This document shows, piece after piece, positions 38,570-51,052 of a stretch of 64,000 bases of DNA. Numbering within the stretch: position 1 is the first letter of the stretch; every line of letters begins with the position of its first letter. A model generated the notes under the pieces. The model was not told the origin of the DNA and searched no databases. It was given only the letters and a program-made list of their open reading frames with translations. This DNA is from Narcine bancroftii (lineage: Eukaryota). Both the position numbers and the translations under genes were made by a program. Location of the stretch: positions 18,662,001 to 18,726,000 of the forward strand of contig NC_091480.1 in assembly GCF_036971445.1 (NCBI RefSeq), read 5' to 3'.

Positions 38570-40753
38570 TTTTTCTTTAATTTTTCGCACTATGAACCAT
38601 ACTAACCAAAATACACACAAACATTTCCCTCTTGAATATACACAGTGTCATTTTCTCCCCTTTTCCCCCTCCTTTCCCTCCCTCCTTCACCCCCCTCCCT
38701 ACCCACTCAACGTTCAACCTATATGATATATTAAATCCATTAAACAATGTCATCACACAATGAAAATAAGCAAGAAATTTGTGTCTTCTACTTTTACATA
38801 CTGGGTCAGTTCATTTAGTCTTCTCCTGTCATTTTAGGCAGTGGAGGTCCGCGGTAGGACTTCTCTGTTGTGTTCCATGTATGGTTCCCAAATTTGTTCA
38901 AATACTGTGATGTTATTTCTTAAATTATATGTTATTTTTTCCAATGGAATACATTTATTCATTTCTATGTACCATTGCTGTATTCTCAGGCTATCTTCTG
39001 ATTTCCAGGTTGACATAATACATTTTTTTGCTACAGCTAAGGCTATCATAATTTGTGCTTCATCCAAATCGAGTCTTTACTTCTTATATTACTTAGAAGA
39101 AATATCTCTGGATTTTTTGGTATGTTGCTTTTTGTGATTTTATTAAATTCCTGATTTAGATCTTTCCAAAACTTTTCCACTTTCTCACATGCCCAAATTT
39201 CATGTACTGTTGTTCCCATTTCCTTCTTACAACAAAAACATCTGTCTGATACTGCTGGGTCCCATTTATTTAACTTTTCGGGCATGGTGTATAGCCTGTG
39301 TAAACAATTATATTGTATCATGCGTAACCTCGTGTTTATTGTATTTCTCATAGTTCTGGAGCATAGCTTTTCCCATGTTTCATTCTTTATCTTTATGTTT
39401 AGATCTTGTTCCCATTTTTGTTTGGGTTTACAGCTTGTTTCCTTGTTCTCTTTCTCTTGCAGTTTGATGTACATGTTTGTTATAAATCTTTTAATTATCA
39501 TTGTGTCTGTAATCACATATTCAAAATTGCTTCCTTCTGGTAACCTCAGTCTGCTTCCCAATTTGTCCTTCAAGTAGGCTTTCAGTTGGTGGTATGCAAA
39601 CATTGTACCGTGAGTTATACCATATTTGTCCTTCATTTGTTCAAAAGATAATAATTTATTTCCCGAAAAACAATTTTCTATTCTTTTGATCCCTTTTCTC
39701 TCCCATTCTCTAAAGCAGGGGTGTCAAACTCAAATTCACAGAGGGCCAAAATTAAAAACTTGGACTAAGTCATGGGCCAAACTAAATATTTATTGAAAAT
39801 TTTCAACAACATCTGCATGTTTTCTCTTCTTTCAACATATGTAATGTTAAACTTTTTCTTATTAAAATAAATGTTTAATAATAGTTTTGGTTAAACTCTT
39901 TCCAGAAGAAGCATTAACAAATGAGAAATAAAATATTCAATAAATAATATTTCTCTATAGCCTTTAAGCTCCTTTTAAATGTTTTTTTTTCACAAGCCAA
40001 CAAGTCAAAAAAATAACAACTTGCTTCAATGACAAACAGGGTTTGTCTTTTAAAATGATGAACATATAGTCTGCCTCCCACCTGTCTTGAAAGGTCCTGT
40101 TTTCTGTTTTTCGTTTGGCCATTTTCCGTAAGGGGTTTATTACATGTGAGTTGGGCGACAGGTTGCAGATGCTAATGGAAGTAAAGAGAGGAGGTGGGGG
40201 CGATTAGCGGGCTGACGGGCCGGCGCCAACGCATTTGCAAAGCATTCTGGGATTTGTAGTATTAGCTGTGCATGCGCTATACTGGCGCGGCAGCCAGCGG
40301 GCCAGCTCTAATACATATTTGATATGATATAATTATATCATGGGCCAAATTTGGTCCGCGGGCCTGAGTTTGACGTGTGCTCTAAAGGAAAGGTTATCTA
40401 TTGTGAAAGGGATTAGTTGATTTTGCATCAATATTAATTTTGGTAGTTGATAATTTGTTTTATTCCTTTCTACGTGAATCTTCTTCCAAATGTTGAGCAG
40501 ATGGTGTAGTACTGGTGAATTCCTATGTTGCACCAGCTTTTCATCCCACTTATATAGTAAATGTTCTGGTACCTTCTCCCCTATTTTATCTAGCTCTAAT
40601 CTGGTCCAATCTGGTTTTTCCCTTGTTTGATAAAAATCTGATCGGTATCTTAATTGTGCTGCTCTATAATAATTCTTAAAGTTTGGTAGCTGTAAGCCCG
40701 CTTGTTTGTACCATTCTGTTAATTTATCTAGCGCTATCCTCAGTTTCCCCCCT
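38570..40753 (-). mobile_element. 5'-truncated L1-clade LINE (ORF2 C-terminal part)
   Basis: Minus-strand 196-aa ORF with KWEQDL..I...W, IQYNCLHRLY, CFCC...GT..H..W.C zinc knuckle typical of L1/Tx1 ORF2; split by a hAT MITE. Confidence 0.9.
39716..40379. mobile_element. hAT (Charlie-like) MITE inserted in the L1
   Basis: TIRs CAGGGGTGTCAAACTCA ... TGAGTTTGACGTGTG, perfect 8-bp TSD CTCTAAAG (39708-39715 and 40380-40387); the L1 reads through once it is removed. Confidence 0.9.
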
Positions 40754-40929
40754 TAGATAGTGCTCTTAAAGACAGCGGAGTCAAGGGAGATGGAGAGAAG
40801 GCAGGAATGAGGTACTGATTGTGGATGATCAACCATGATCACAGTGAATGGCAGTGCTGGCTCGAAGGGAGCACCTGTTGTCTATTGATATGGGTCCAAC
40901 GTAGGCCAGTAGGATTAGTGTGGGTGGGA

Positions 40930-41094
40930 AATTTTTTTTTTTAATTTTTTATTTTTCACACTATAAACCACATTGATCAAGATACATACATTTTTCTTTT
41001 CAAATATATAGTGTCGTTTTTCTCCCCCTCCCTCTTCCCATCCCACCCTCCCTACCTCCCCTCCCATTCATTTAAAGTACAGAATCTAAGATAC
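40930..41094 (-). mobile_element. Very short L1 3'-end insertion
   Basis: T-rich tail plus L1 3' UTR flanked by 13-bp TSD AGTGTGGGTGGGA (40917-40929 and 41095-41107). Confidence 0.8.
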
Positions 41095-41845
41095 AGTGTG
41101 GGTGGGACATTTAGATCGGTGTGGGCGCTACATGACACGATGAAACCCCTTTTCCTCAATTTCCAGGGGTGTCATTTTAATTTCTAAGAATGCATACATT
41201 TGATTAATTTCTCTGCCATTCCCTTTATTCCCAATTTCATTTTTCTAGTTTCAATCTGTAAGGAATCCACGTTAATGCCGACCTTTCCCATTATAAATAC
41301 CTATAGAAGCTTTCATAATCTATTTGTGTTTCTTAGATCACACTGTATTCCACTTTACTGACCTGCAGTGAGTTGAAATCTATTGTGACATGTAATTAAG
41401 GTATGGTTATGAATTGTCATGAACTGCCGTTCATTTAAAATGATTGTTTCCATCACGAATTATACAATCATATAATAACAGCTTGAGATGAGCGATAGCC
41501 TACGAACCTGTCATCTCCACCTGTTTAAAACATTTGATGTGTAATCACGTTTGCAATACACAGGGATACAGGGAACAGCTGATCTTTCAACACGTTTTAT
41601 TTCACTGAATGAAAGGATTGTTTGCAGAGCTGCAATAATTCATCCCATCAGCAAGATGCATCTATCTGGTCGTAGTTCGCTAGATGTTGGTGGCGAGGAA
41701 TGCACGGGTCTCCAAACATACAGCGCCAAGTAAAAACAAATCCATTCGGTGCCTGGGTCCATCTCATGCCTCCGAATTCTCTCTCCAGGCTTTCTACCAA
41801 CGATGTAGGGCCTGGCTACCTCCGAGGCGGATGCTAGTCCACTCG

Positions 41846-42354
41846 CTTTTATTTTTTTTATTTTTCACACTATGAACCATATTAACCAAAATGCACACAA
41901 ACATTTCCCTCTTGAATATACACAGTGTCATTTTCTCCCCTTTTTCCCCCCTCCCTTCCCTCCTTCCCACCCCCCTCCCTACCCACTAAATGTTCAACAT
42001 ATACAATACATTAAACCCATTAAACAATGTCATCACACAATAAAAATAAACAAGAAAATTGTGTCATCTACTTTTACACACTGGGTCAGTTCATTTCGTC
42101 TTCTTCCCATTCTATCATTTTAGGGGGTGGAGGTCCACGGTAGGCCCTCTCTGTTGTGTTCCATGTACAGTTCCCAAATTTGTTCGAATACTGTGACTTT
42201 ATCTTTTTAAATTATATGTTATTTTTTCCAATGGAATACATTTATTCATTTCCATGTACCATTGCTGTACTCTCAGGCTCTCTTCTGATTTCCAAGTTGA
42301 CATTATACATTTTTTTGCCACAGCTAAGGCTATCATAATAAATCTTTCTTGTGC
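41846..42354 (-). mobile_element. 5'-truncated L1 3' end with TSD
   Basis: Near-identical to 12424-12900 and 38570-39050; TSD TGCTAGTCC(A/G)CTCG at 41832-41845 and 42355-42368. Confidence 0.85.
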
Positions 42355-43512
42355 TGCTAGTCCGCTCGTTGAAGCAATGTTTAAGGCTTCACCCTTTGTT
42401 TATTCATACAAAGTTGGTGGACCAACTGGAACTTTTTTTTAGTGTTCACGGTGTTAGGTCGCATTCTCGAAGGCGATGCCACAATGTGTCATCAAGTGAC
42501 TCTATAAGTAGCGCCACCCAACAAATGACTCAGCGGCGTGATGTTCCGGGGAAGGGAGGGGGAGAGGAGAATTTTAGTTTTTTAATGCAATAAGGCACCG
42601 CAAATTTGCACATTGTAATCCTTTAGTGAAATCCATCGATGCCAAGAACTGAAAGTCTCCTTTGCTCCACAGGACCAACCAGTCTCCGGGCTTGACTGCT
42701 CCCACCTCATCTCTGAGCTCAAAGTTAAACGTCTGCCTCAGCCACCAACTCGCGGTACTTCTCTCTCCAAACTCACCTTCCTTGATCCTCTCGCCATTAA
42801 ACTGCAAGGTTGTCTTCCTACATCGTACTTCTGCGTGTTCTCACTCTTCGGAAAATGCCCCCTCTTTTAAATTTGCCGCCATCATCTCTTCAAAGAGAAA
42901 CTCTTTCACTGCACTTATCTTGCAAGTGATCACATCATCTCCATCTTCCCTCAGCCCAATCTGAGCCTGTTCCAACCTCCCATCTTCCAGTCTCTTTTCA
43001 TTGATGAAATATGATGCACTTAAACTGACACTCTTTGACACCCTGCACGTTTGCTTTATTACGGCACTGCCCCTTGTACTTAAGTGTGAGTTGACTTGCT
43101 CTGGATAGTACGCGAAACAAAGCTTATATCTACCCCAGTCACAGTACCAATAAGTCCAATCACTAATGGCATCCGGTGTAATTGTGATGGAGGTAATCGA
43201 GTCATTCCCTGACTGACCTGTTTGTTTTGACAAAGCCATTCTTCCCCTCCGCTTCCTCTGCATCTAGAGATGTCACTCCAATTGCCTGGTTCATTCCACT
43301 GTGGCCAGAAGACCTTCCTTTCCTCTTTTTTTCATGAACGTGTATTTAAGGACAGCGATCAGTTGCATGCCTTCACGTTGACCCATCCCACTGTCCTTAA
43401 CTTGTCGGAAACCTATTCTCTTATTCCTGATTCTTCAGAAAGAGAACGAGTTAACGAACTCGGTGTCCAATATGACCTCGAGAAGACTTCAGACAGCTTC
43501 ATCATCACCATC

Positions 43513-44025
43513 AATCACTAAGGCCACTCTCCCTCCTTCCCCCTCTCTCTCATTCCCTCCATCACTAAGGCCACCCTCCCTCCTCTCTCTCTCTCCATCA
43601 CTAAGGTAATCCCTCCTCTCTCTCATTCTCTCCATCACTAAGGCCATCCCTCCTCTCTCTCTCCATCACTAAGTCCACCCTCCCTACCCTCTCTCATTCT
43701 CTCCATCACTAAGGCCACCCTCCCTCTCTCTCATTCTCTCCATCACTAAAGCCACTATCCCTCCTCTCTCTCTCCATCACTAAGGCCACCCTCCCTCCTC
43801 TCTCTCTCACATTCTCTCCATCACTAAGGCCACCCTCCCTCCCTCTCTCATTCTCTCCATCACTAAAGCCACTCTCCCTCCTCTCATTCTCTCCATCACT
43901 AAAGCCACTCTCCCTCCTCTCTCTCTCCATCACTAAGGCCACCCTCCCCTCTCTCTCATTCTCTCCATCACTAAGGCCACCCTCCCTCTCTCTCTCTCAT
44001 TCTCTCCATCACTCAAGCCACCCCC
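43513..44025 (+). repeat. Variable 33-45 bp minisatellite (TCTCCATCACTAAGGCCACCCTCCCTC + CT tract)
   Basis: About 14 tandem CATCACTAA-containing units. Confidence 0.92.
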
Positions 44026-44739
44026 CTTCCCCCCCCCCCCCCCACCACTCTCTCTCTCTCCATTCCGCCTTTATTTCCTGACCAGACTTGAATATTCAAA
44101 TAAAATTGGGCCGCTCGTCCTGCCTCACAAGTTCTCAATCGAGGCTCTTAATTAAGCGAAGCCATGATTTGAAAATACTCCGTGATCTCGTCCTGAGTGA
44201 TATCTGTAACTTTCTCCACTGACGCAACCTGTTTACTTTCCATTCTTTCGTTGTTTGACCTGCAGAGTTTCTCCAGCGTTGTATTTGTTTCTAAACTTCT
44301 TTCCATTCTGCTCTCTTGCTCATCCCCAAGTTAGTCCCACTCTGGAATTTCTTCCCCAGACTGCTGGGTCTCTCTCTTTCCCCATCTCCACGGTTCATTC
44401 CGAGGCCGGACGAAGCTGCAACATTGACCTAGTCTCCAACTGTCTCAATGGTGATGTTAGCGCACGGTGAGTGAGGTCCTGGGCGACGTGATAGCGCCTT
44501 CTTTGGGGGGATGTCTGTACTGTTTCCATGACCATCCCCAGCCAGCTGACTGTGGAAAACAGAATGGTCCTCATCATTAGTTCGGCAATGAAACTTCGTT
44601 CAACTGTTTCAAAACCCTGTCTCTGGATTCACCTCAGGCAGAAAGGATTTACTGGCGCATTCTAACGCCGATTTCCGGATTATAAGGTAAGTACAGTAAA
44701 TAAACTCGCTTAGAAATAGTGAACATCCAATTTCAAGCC

Positions 44740-45110
44740 CGTCTCCTCTCTCTCTCTCCCCCCACCCTTTCTCCCTCTCCTGCTCTCTCTTCTCTCTCTC
44801 CCCCCTCTCCTGCTCTCTCTCTCTCTCCCCCCACACACTCTCTCTCTCCACCCACCCTCTCTCCCTTTCCTGCTCTCTCTTCTCTCTCTCTCCCCCTCTC
44901 TTTCTCTCCCCCCTCTCTCTCTCCTGCTCTCTCTCTCACCCCCCCTCTCCTGCTCTCTCTCTCTCACCCCCCCCTCTCTCCTGCTCTCTCTCTCTCACCC
45001 CCCCCTCTCTCCTGCTCTCTCTCTCTCCCCCCCCCTCCCCACACACACACACTCTCTCTCTCTCTCTCCCTCTCTTTCTCTCCACCCACCCCCGCCCTTC
45101 CCCTCTCCCC
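44740..45110 (+). repeat. CT-rich low-complexity repeat
   Basis: Polypyrimidine tract with recurring TCTCCTGCTCTCTCT units. Confidence 0.9.
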
Positions 45111-46089
45111 AACGGTTTTGCAGACAGAACGGTCAGGACGAAACAGTCACTTGCCACGGTGGAACCAAAATTTCAGACCATATGGCTTTCCTCCAGACAA
45201 ACGTCAGCGGTTATTTCGAGGCTTGTGGATGTCAAAGCGATCACTGGATTGAGAATTTGCAATAAAATCTCGGCAAAAAGTTATCAGTCGGCTCCTGGTA
45301 GAGATAGAGAAACACCGTTTCAAAAGACTGGGTTCAAAAGTAAATGAACTCTGTCGTTTCTCAATATTCCGGTTAGCTTCATGCTGCTACGAAATGGGGT
45401 TTTTTTTAAATCGCAATTCCACATTAAAATCTTTTCTTTCAAGTTGCATAAAAGCAGCGCAGGCCCGACAAGTAGAAAAGGTGGGAAGACAACAAAAAGT
45501 TGTGGCAAAGGTGGGCTGGAGTGTTCTTGAATGGACAACATGACATTCATCACGTTAAATTGCACCTTATTACCAAAATCCTTACGTTTTCATCTGCCTT
45601 AGCCTTTCTCTCCTTCGTTGCATATATCAACTATCATTTGTATGTCCCTGTTTCCCGAGTCTACACTCCATGTGCTTGCAGCAGTGCGATTTCACGCTTC
45701 TCCATTGCATTTTTGTATCCAGGAGCCAGAAAGCAAACGAAAGACTGGGCTGAAACCGAGCATCAACAAGGTGAAAGTCTTAGACAGGCCCTCCCACCCA
45801 TGAGTGAAACCATGAGCCGACCACCAACCCCTCACTTAGACCAATCCTGCACCAACCCCATTTTATTTTTCAAACATCCCCTTCAGCTCTCCTTTGTTTC
45901 ATGATGTCCTTATTTGCGCATCCAAGGCCCCTCATTGATGGCTCCCAAGAAGTTAGTCCATCCGTGATCGATAAAATATATCTTTATCTGGGAAATAGAC
46001 AACTATTTATATTCCATACTATTTATAAATTCACATGTAGTGGTGCCAGAGTACAGGACCAGACGAAATGTGACTGAGGAAGATCTATT

Positions 46090-47060
46090 TTACTGAACAA
46101 CAAAGACTTTGCTTCCTTAATATTTGTGGGTGCATGTTATGGATTTTGGGCTGCTGGTCACGAATAAAACCTGTTAAAAATTCCTATCACGTCCTGGTTT
46201 TCAAATATAACCTATTTTATTGATTTCTTGTCATATTTTGTCTATTAGTATATTGCCCACAAACCAAGCCGTTTTGGTCAGTCCAAGCTTGCCTGACAAT
46301 GCACTCACTCAGTGCAGGTGCTATGTAAATGTTGTCTTAGGCCTGAGCTTGCTTAGACAGGATAGATGCAGACAGGCTGTAAAAACAGCTCACATATAAA
46401 ACGCTTTTTGCTTTACATTGATCTAGATTGAACGCAAGTTGATGCACATGTTCTTCAGACAGTAGCAGAGTGAGTGTGCATAACAATAACATTTATTGAC
46501 TTCAGGAAGATTCAATGTAGCAGAAATATCTCGTCAATGTGCGACAGCTGCGATACATTATGTTACATTTGTGGCGAGTGTAAACTTTAGGCTCAACCTA
46601 TTTAGAAAGCCTATGAGCTCTACTTCGGTTGTAAAATTGGTGACCAAGACAAACTCTGAGCCCCTCGCATTTGTTGTGCAACATGTGCAGTCAATCGGAG
46701 AGCTTGGCTCGGCATAATAATGCGATTAAACATGCTAAATTCAATTAAAAAAATAATTTAATGTTTTTCCAACATTCTGCAACAAACCTGAAATGCTAAT
46801 ATTATTGCATATTAAATGGTAGGTGTTTCTTTTTTTTCTTTCCCTTTCTTACTTTTGGGTGGGATGGGGAGAAAAATATAAAAGTACTTTCTTTGGATAT
46901 TTGATTAATGTTTTATTCATTTTTCCTGTAATGATGCAAACAATTAAATAAAATTTAATTTTTTAAAAAAGTTACACGTTACTGGATTAAGCACCATATC
47001 CTCGCACATCATCTTTAGAGTCCGATCGTTTTTTTTTAGCTTCTAAGATCAAAACTTTGA
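46090..47060 (+). mobile_element. Tc1/mariner-superfamily remnant (m44-like), N-terminal transposase fragment
   Basis: YICGE...KAYELYFGCKIGDQDKL*APRICCATC at about 46560-46690; shared left-end sequence with 57.4 kb. Confidence 0.6.
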
Positions 47061-47630
47061 AGTTCCTGTTCGGCTGAGATAGATACTAATTAAAAGGAGT
47101 GGATCGAATGGAAAATTGTCCATAAAATCCATATATGGTGTCCAAATACCGTGAAACTTTAAAATTGAAAGAATATTATCAACTATGTTTGGAAGAAATA
47201 ACATCAGATATCGGAATATACAAGAAAAACCTGGCCAGAGTAGGTAGGCGTGGTTAGGAAATCTGATTAAATCTTTGTGGAACAGATGGTTTCAAAGGAC
47301 AAGGCATTGAAATTCTAGTAAGTGAATCTTGGAGAAAATAGACCAGAAATATAACATGCGATGGCAATTGGGGGGAAGAGAAATGCGCTCTAGAACTAGT
47401 GAAGGTTCGGGTCGTGGCCACAAATAACTGGAAGCTGAAGGGTTAAGTAAGTCAGCATGCATCGGGGTGAGAAGCGAACAGAACAGTATGAGGTAGATAG
47501 AAATGGGAATGACAGGGAAATGGAGATCAGACAAGAAATCTCTCCTTGTGCCATTAGTTTCCTTGAGGCAGTGATGTGCCAGGAAAGTAATTTCACGATC
47601 TTGGTTTTGTTTTGCAGATTTACGAAGAAA

Positions 47631-48023
47631 ATGCAACTTGTAGCCCTGAGCTCGACCGAGCAGAGCGGCTCCGATCAGCTCTCCTTCCACTCCAGTGCGA
47701 GGACCTACCCGTTGAGAGGGTCAGAACCCTGCCCGGAGTTCAGAGCCGAGTCCGGCCGCGTGCAGGACACCAACTGGATCTACGACTATCACAAACCCGT
47801 AACCGTCCTCGTCATTGGGGCTATCGCCTTGCTGGCGGGTGTCATCCTCACCGTCCTTTACTTCATTCGCGTGGTTGAGGTCCCTTACGTCCTGGGGCCA
47901 GTTTGCCTCTCCATTGGATTGATGTTCGTGGTCACCGGACTGGTGTGGATCCCGATCGTTAAAGAAAAGATCCAGCAGAACGAAATTGTAAGGGAGCTGC
48001 ACGCCAGACCCTCTGCCGAGTGA
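47631..48023 (+). CDS. PIRT: PIRT-like (phosphoinositide-interacting regulator of TRP / TMEM100 family) two-TM protein, 130 aa, single coding exon
   Basis: NWIYDYHKPVTVLVIGAIALLAGVILTVL...GPVCLSIGLMFVVTGLVWIPIVKEK parallels PIRT W..YRKP...GP.FLSLGLM..V.GLVW.PIIKKK. A strong acceptor (ttttgttttgcag, ends 47617) precedes the ATG, so the longer ORF-track start is probably intronic. Likely a paralogue rather than the 1:1 orthologue. Confidence 0.85.
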   Translation: MQLVALSSTEQSGSDQLSFHSSARTYPLRGSEPCPEFRAESGRVQDTNWIYDYHKPVTVLVIGAIALLAGVILTVLYFIRVVEVPYVLGPVCLSIGLMFVVTGLVWIPIVKEKIQQNEIVRELHARPSAE

Positions 48024-50450
48024 TGCCCCTATTGGGGCGTCGTGGTTCCCATTCACAAGCCCCGCTTTGGAGGATCATCAAAGCCCTCTTGGCAACTGGC
48101 TGGGGGTTCCCAGTCTTCAAATTGTCAGTGATCACCTTACAAACTATAGTCCATCGTTTTCAGGGTCATTGACTGTCTGGCCATGGCCATGTCTGATGGC
48201 CACCATCCCTTCCCCCCGAATCCCACACGCTCCTGAATTAGCTTTAAAAAAACGAATAGGAAACCGTGATTTCAAAATTGTAGAATCTTATTTCTGGGTT
48301 GAGAAATTTCCTGGAAATGTGGTTTCCAGGAACGTTTCGGGTTTGGCCCTTTCCTTCAATCAGAATGTTGACTCCATTCCTCTCTCTCCAAATTCTGCTT
48401 GACCTGCTGCCTTTCTCGTTTATTTTTATTCAACGATGCGGATTTATGAAGGTAATTGTAGTGTTCAGCGAGAATGATAGCGCCCCCCCCCCCCCCCATC
48501 CATTGCGTGACTCTGTCTGACTGGGAGAAAGTTGTTGCCTCTCACGAATCCACATTCTCCCCCCCCCCCCCCCCCGAGTCTCCAGTCCCATTGGAGTTCA
48601 GTCCAGAATAACACTTTATATTCCCGATATTGCGGTCTCCAATTCTTCACTGATGAGAGGAGAATGACGATTGGGATACAGAGAATGAGAGAAGTTTAAA
48701 ATAAAAATTGAAACAGATTTCAGTCATTTCTATATAGCACGGGAACAACTATGTTCCTGTTTATAATAATTCCCATTAACCAACACTTGGTCTTTGCGCA
48801 CCTTGGCGATTAAAATTGTCATTGTTCTTGCCTTCAACACGATCAAGGTAGAAACGCTTTTATTCCAGCCACATCTCTTTTTGCGTGCTCCCCAAAGTTA
48901 TCATTGCGCGGTATCCGTTTCCCACTCCTTCTCTACAATGTGCAGATGAATTGTATTCACAACGGTGCTTAATAGATTTAAAAATGGTTTCCATTTTAAA
49001 CAAGTCCCATTCAATCTACAGTATCATATATTGCATAGATTAAATAGACAATGTTACAATTTCAATGTAGTTTAGGAATTGCATTTTGATTCACAAGGAG
49101 CAAACCTTTCTGTGCTCAGGGTTATCCTGGGATGTCTCAGTGGGTGAGTGGGGGGTAGATAACAGCCTAAATCTGAATCTATTCAAATATGTAACGTGGA
49201 ACGCATTTAATGAAAAGTGACTAGACGTGTTTAACGGTCAAGAGTTGGACTTTTTAAACTGTTGGATGTGTAATCCTTTAATAAACAGAGGAGTTAATTT
49301 GACAGACTATCTGCTTGCAAAGACATTTTCAATCCTATCGGGGAACATTTATACAACCCCATAAATTCCTCTGCCTCGAGCCAAGATCACTTTTATGTGC
49401 TGCATGGTATACCGAAAACACAGTGCTTTACCGAAAATAGACTCTACTGGGGAACCATAACCCCACAAATAAAAATGAGCCCGCTATCGGCTGTTTCATT
49501 TTCCCCATAAAATACGACACGTCGCCGCATTTCCAATCATTTTAATAGTGTTCTTGAAACCTCTGCTAAAGACTGTATCATTTTAGTGCGCGAGGCCTGT
49601 CCTGACAAGAGTTCGATGTTATTTATGAGGCTGCCAGTTAGTGAGTTCATGTCAGATTGTTTTTCATATTTAACATCAACCATCAGGTGTGGAATGATTC
49701 CACGAACAACGTGTATTGTGAAGGGGTGGAGGATCAAGCCAGAACATATTCAACGTGCACTTTGGGAGTGAACGCTTGAAAGTAAACTGGGTGCGTTTCC
49801 CTTTGCAGGCGCTTTTGTGTCCGGTTGTTCAGGTGACCTGGTCAGATGAGGCGAGAACACGATCTATTTGCTCTTCTCACCTTTGCTCTCAGGGTGAGAC
49901 ATCAACAAAAAAATGCCAACCAAGCAAGAGGACACCTGCTGCCTCGATGCCTGGCTCCCCTCCTTCGACTTCCACCGTGAAATGGGTCGATACATTTTAC
50001 CTGGATTGAAGCCCGCCAGCAGTTTCTGTCAAGAGAACGTGGATGGCGACGGTGCAGGCAGGCAGGCACTTTGCCCAGCACCTGGGGGTCCCCTCTCCAA
50101 GTCCTGAGCCTGCCTGCCTTCAGAGATCCGACAATCCTATGAGGCGCTGTTGCGTCTTCCCTGAGGACGTGCACAGCCCCAAATGATCGGTAACATAGCT
50201 CCTCTGGACGCTGCGAGACCAGCTGAGCTCCTCCAGTATTTCCGTGATCACCTGTCAACGCGCGCACACCTTGATCCGCCAAGGGGAGCTCCAGGGACAG
50301 CGTGGGCGGTGCCAACTCCGCCCAGAGGTGACGTGAGGCAGGTGAATGGGGCGGCGTGTGTTGGCTCCGACCTTTCCCCCCCCCCCCCCCCTCCGCGGTT
50401 ACCTGTGCGGGGAGGGCAGGCAGGTGCAAGGCGCCGGGGGGCGGGCGGCG

Positions 50451-50933
50451 ATGGCGCTGCTGCAGGCTGGGCTGGGGCGCTGTGCCTGCGCTTTCTGGCT
50501 GGCCGTCGCCTTCGACGCGGTGGGACTGACCGTGCTGCTGGTCGGAGTGTTCGCCAACATCTTCTTCTACGACTTCCTGATCTACGCCGGCTCCATCGTC
50601 ATCTTCTTGAGCTTGGTCTGGTGGATCTTCTGGTACACGGGCAACATCGAGGTGCCGCTCGACGAACTGGAGGACGACGTGGGTCTCAAGAAGGAGGCCA
50701 GGCTGACCGGATTCCTGAGGAGTTTCTCCAGGAGGTTCTCTCAAAACTTCGGGAGCAGGTCGGGGAGGGCGCGGCCCAGCTCACTGGCCAACCGGGCCAA
50801 TGATGCCAACAGCAGGAGGAAAGCGAACGCAACCGGTGTCCCCCTGAATACCCTCTCTGCCTCGGTGAGCTGCGAGGTGAACTTCAACCCGTTGGACGCA
50901 GCGAAGGAGGGCGCGGGAAATGTAGCCATCTAG
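50451..50933 (+). CDS. TMEM238: Transmembrane protein 238-like, 160 aa, single coding exon
   Basis: [24 protein letters not shown]...[28 protein letters not shown]...LEDD is the TMEM238 family signature. Strong Kozak context GCGATGG in a CpG island; AATAAA near 51385 and 51541. Confidence 0.92.
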   Translation: MALLQAGLGRCACAFWLAVAFDAVGLTVLLVGVFANIFFYDFLIYAGSIVIFLSLVWWIFWYTGNIEVPLDELEDDVGLKKEARLTGFLRSFSRRFSQNFGSRSGRARPSSLANRANDANSRRKANATGVPLNTLSASVSCEVNFNPLDAAKEGAGNVAI

Positions 50934-51052
50934 CGGGCTCGCTACACTTACCTCAAGACCAGCAGATTTGATCCCGTTGGTCGCAGCGAAGGAGGGCGCG
51001 GGAAATGTAGCCATCTAGCGGGCTCGCTGCACTTGCCTCAAGACCAGCAGAT
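50888..51052 (+). repeat. 85-bp tandem duplication spanning the TMEM238-like stop codon
   Basis: Copies start at 50888 and 50973, with about three substitutions. Confidence 0.9.

Larger units (their letters stand above)
37425..40890 (+). mobile_element. CR1-clade LINE 3' part (37425-38565, resumes 40754-40890) hosting nested insertions
   Basis: RT remnants (VDVVYLD.QK.FD, KFADDTKL, GESRTRDHSLKIRGRSFRTELRKNLFTQRVVDLWNAL); the CR1 3' UTR resumes after the L1 insert. Confidence 0.85.

Noticed and set aside
43709-45252. Glu/Arg-rich and Ser/Pro/Leu-rich ORFs
   Set aside because: Translations of CT/GA minisatellites.
47457-47630. N-terminal extension of the PIRT-like ORF (188 aa version)
   Set aside because: It runs through a polypyrimidine tract and AG acceptor; the ATG at 47631 gives a PIRT-sized protein.
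49902-50803. 280-aa minus-strand and 206-aa alternative-frame ORFs over TMEM238-like
   Set aside because: Shadow ORFs of a GC-rich coding exon with no recognisable motifs.
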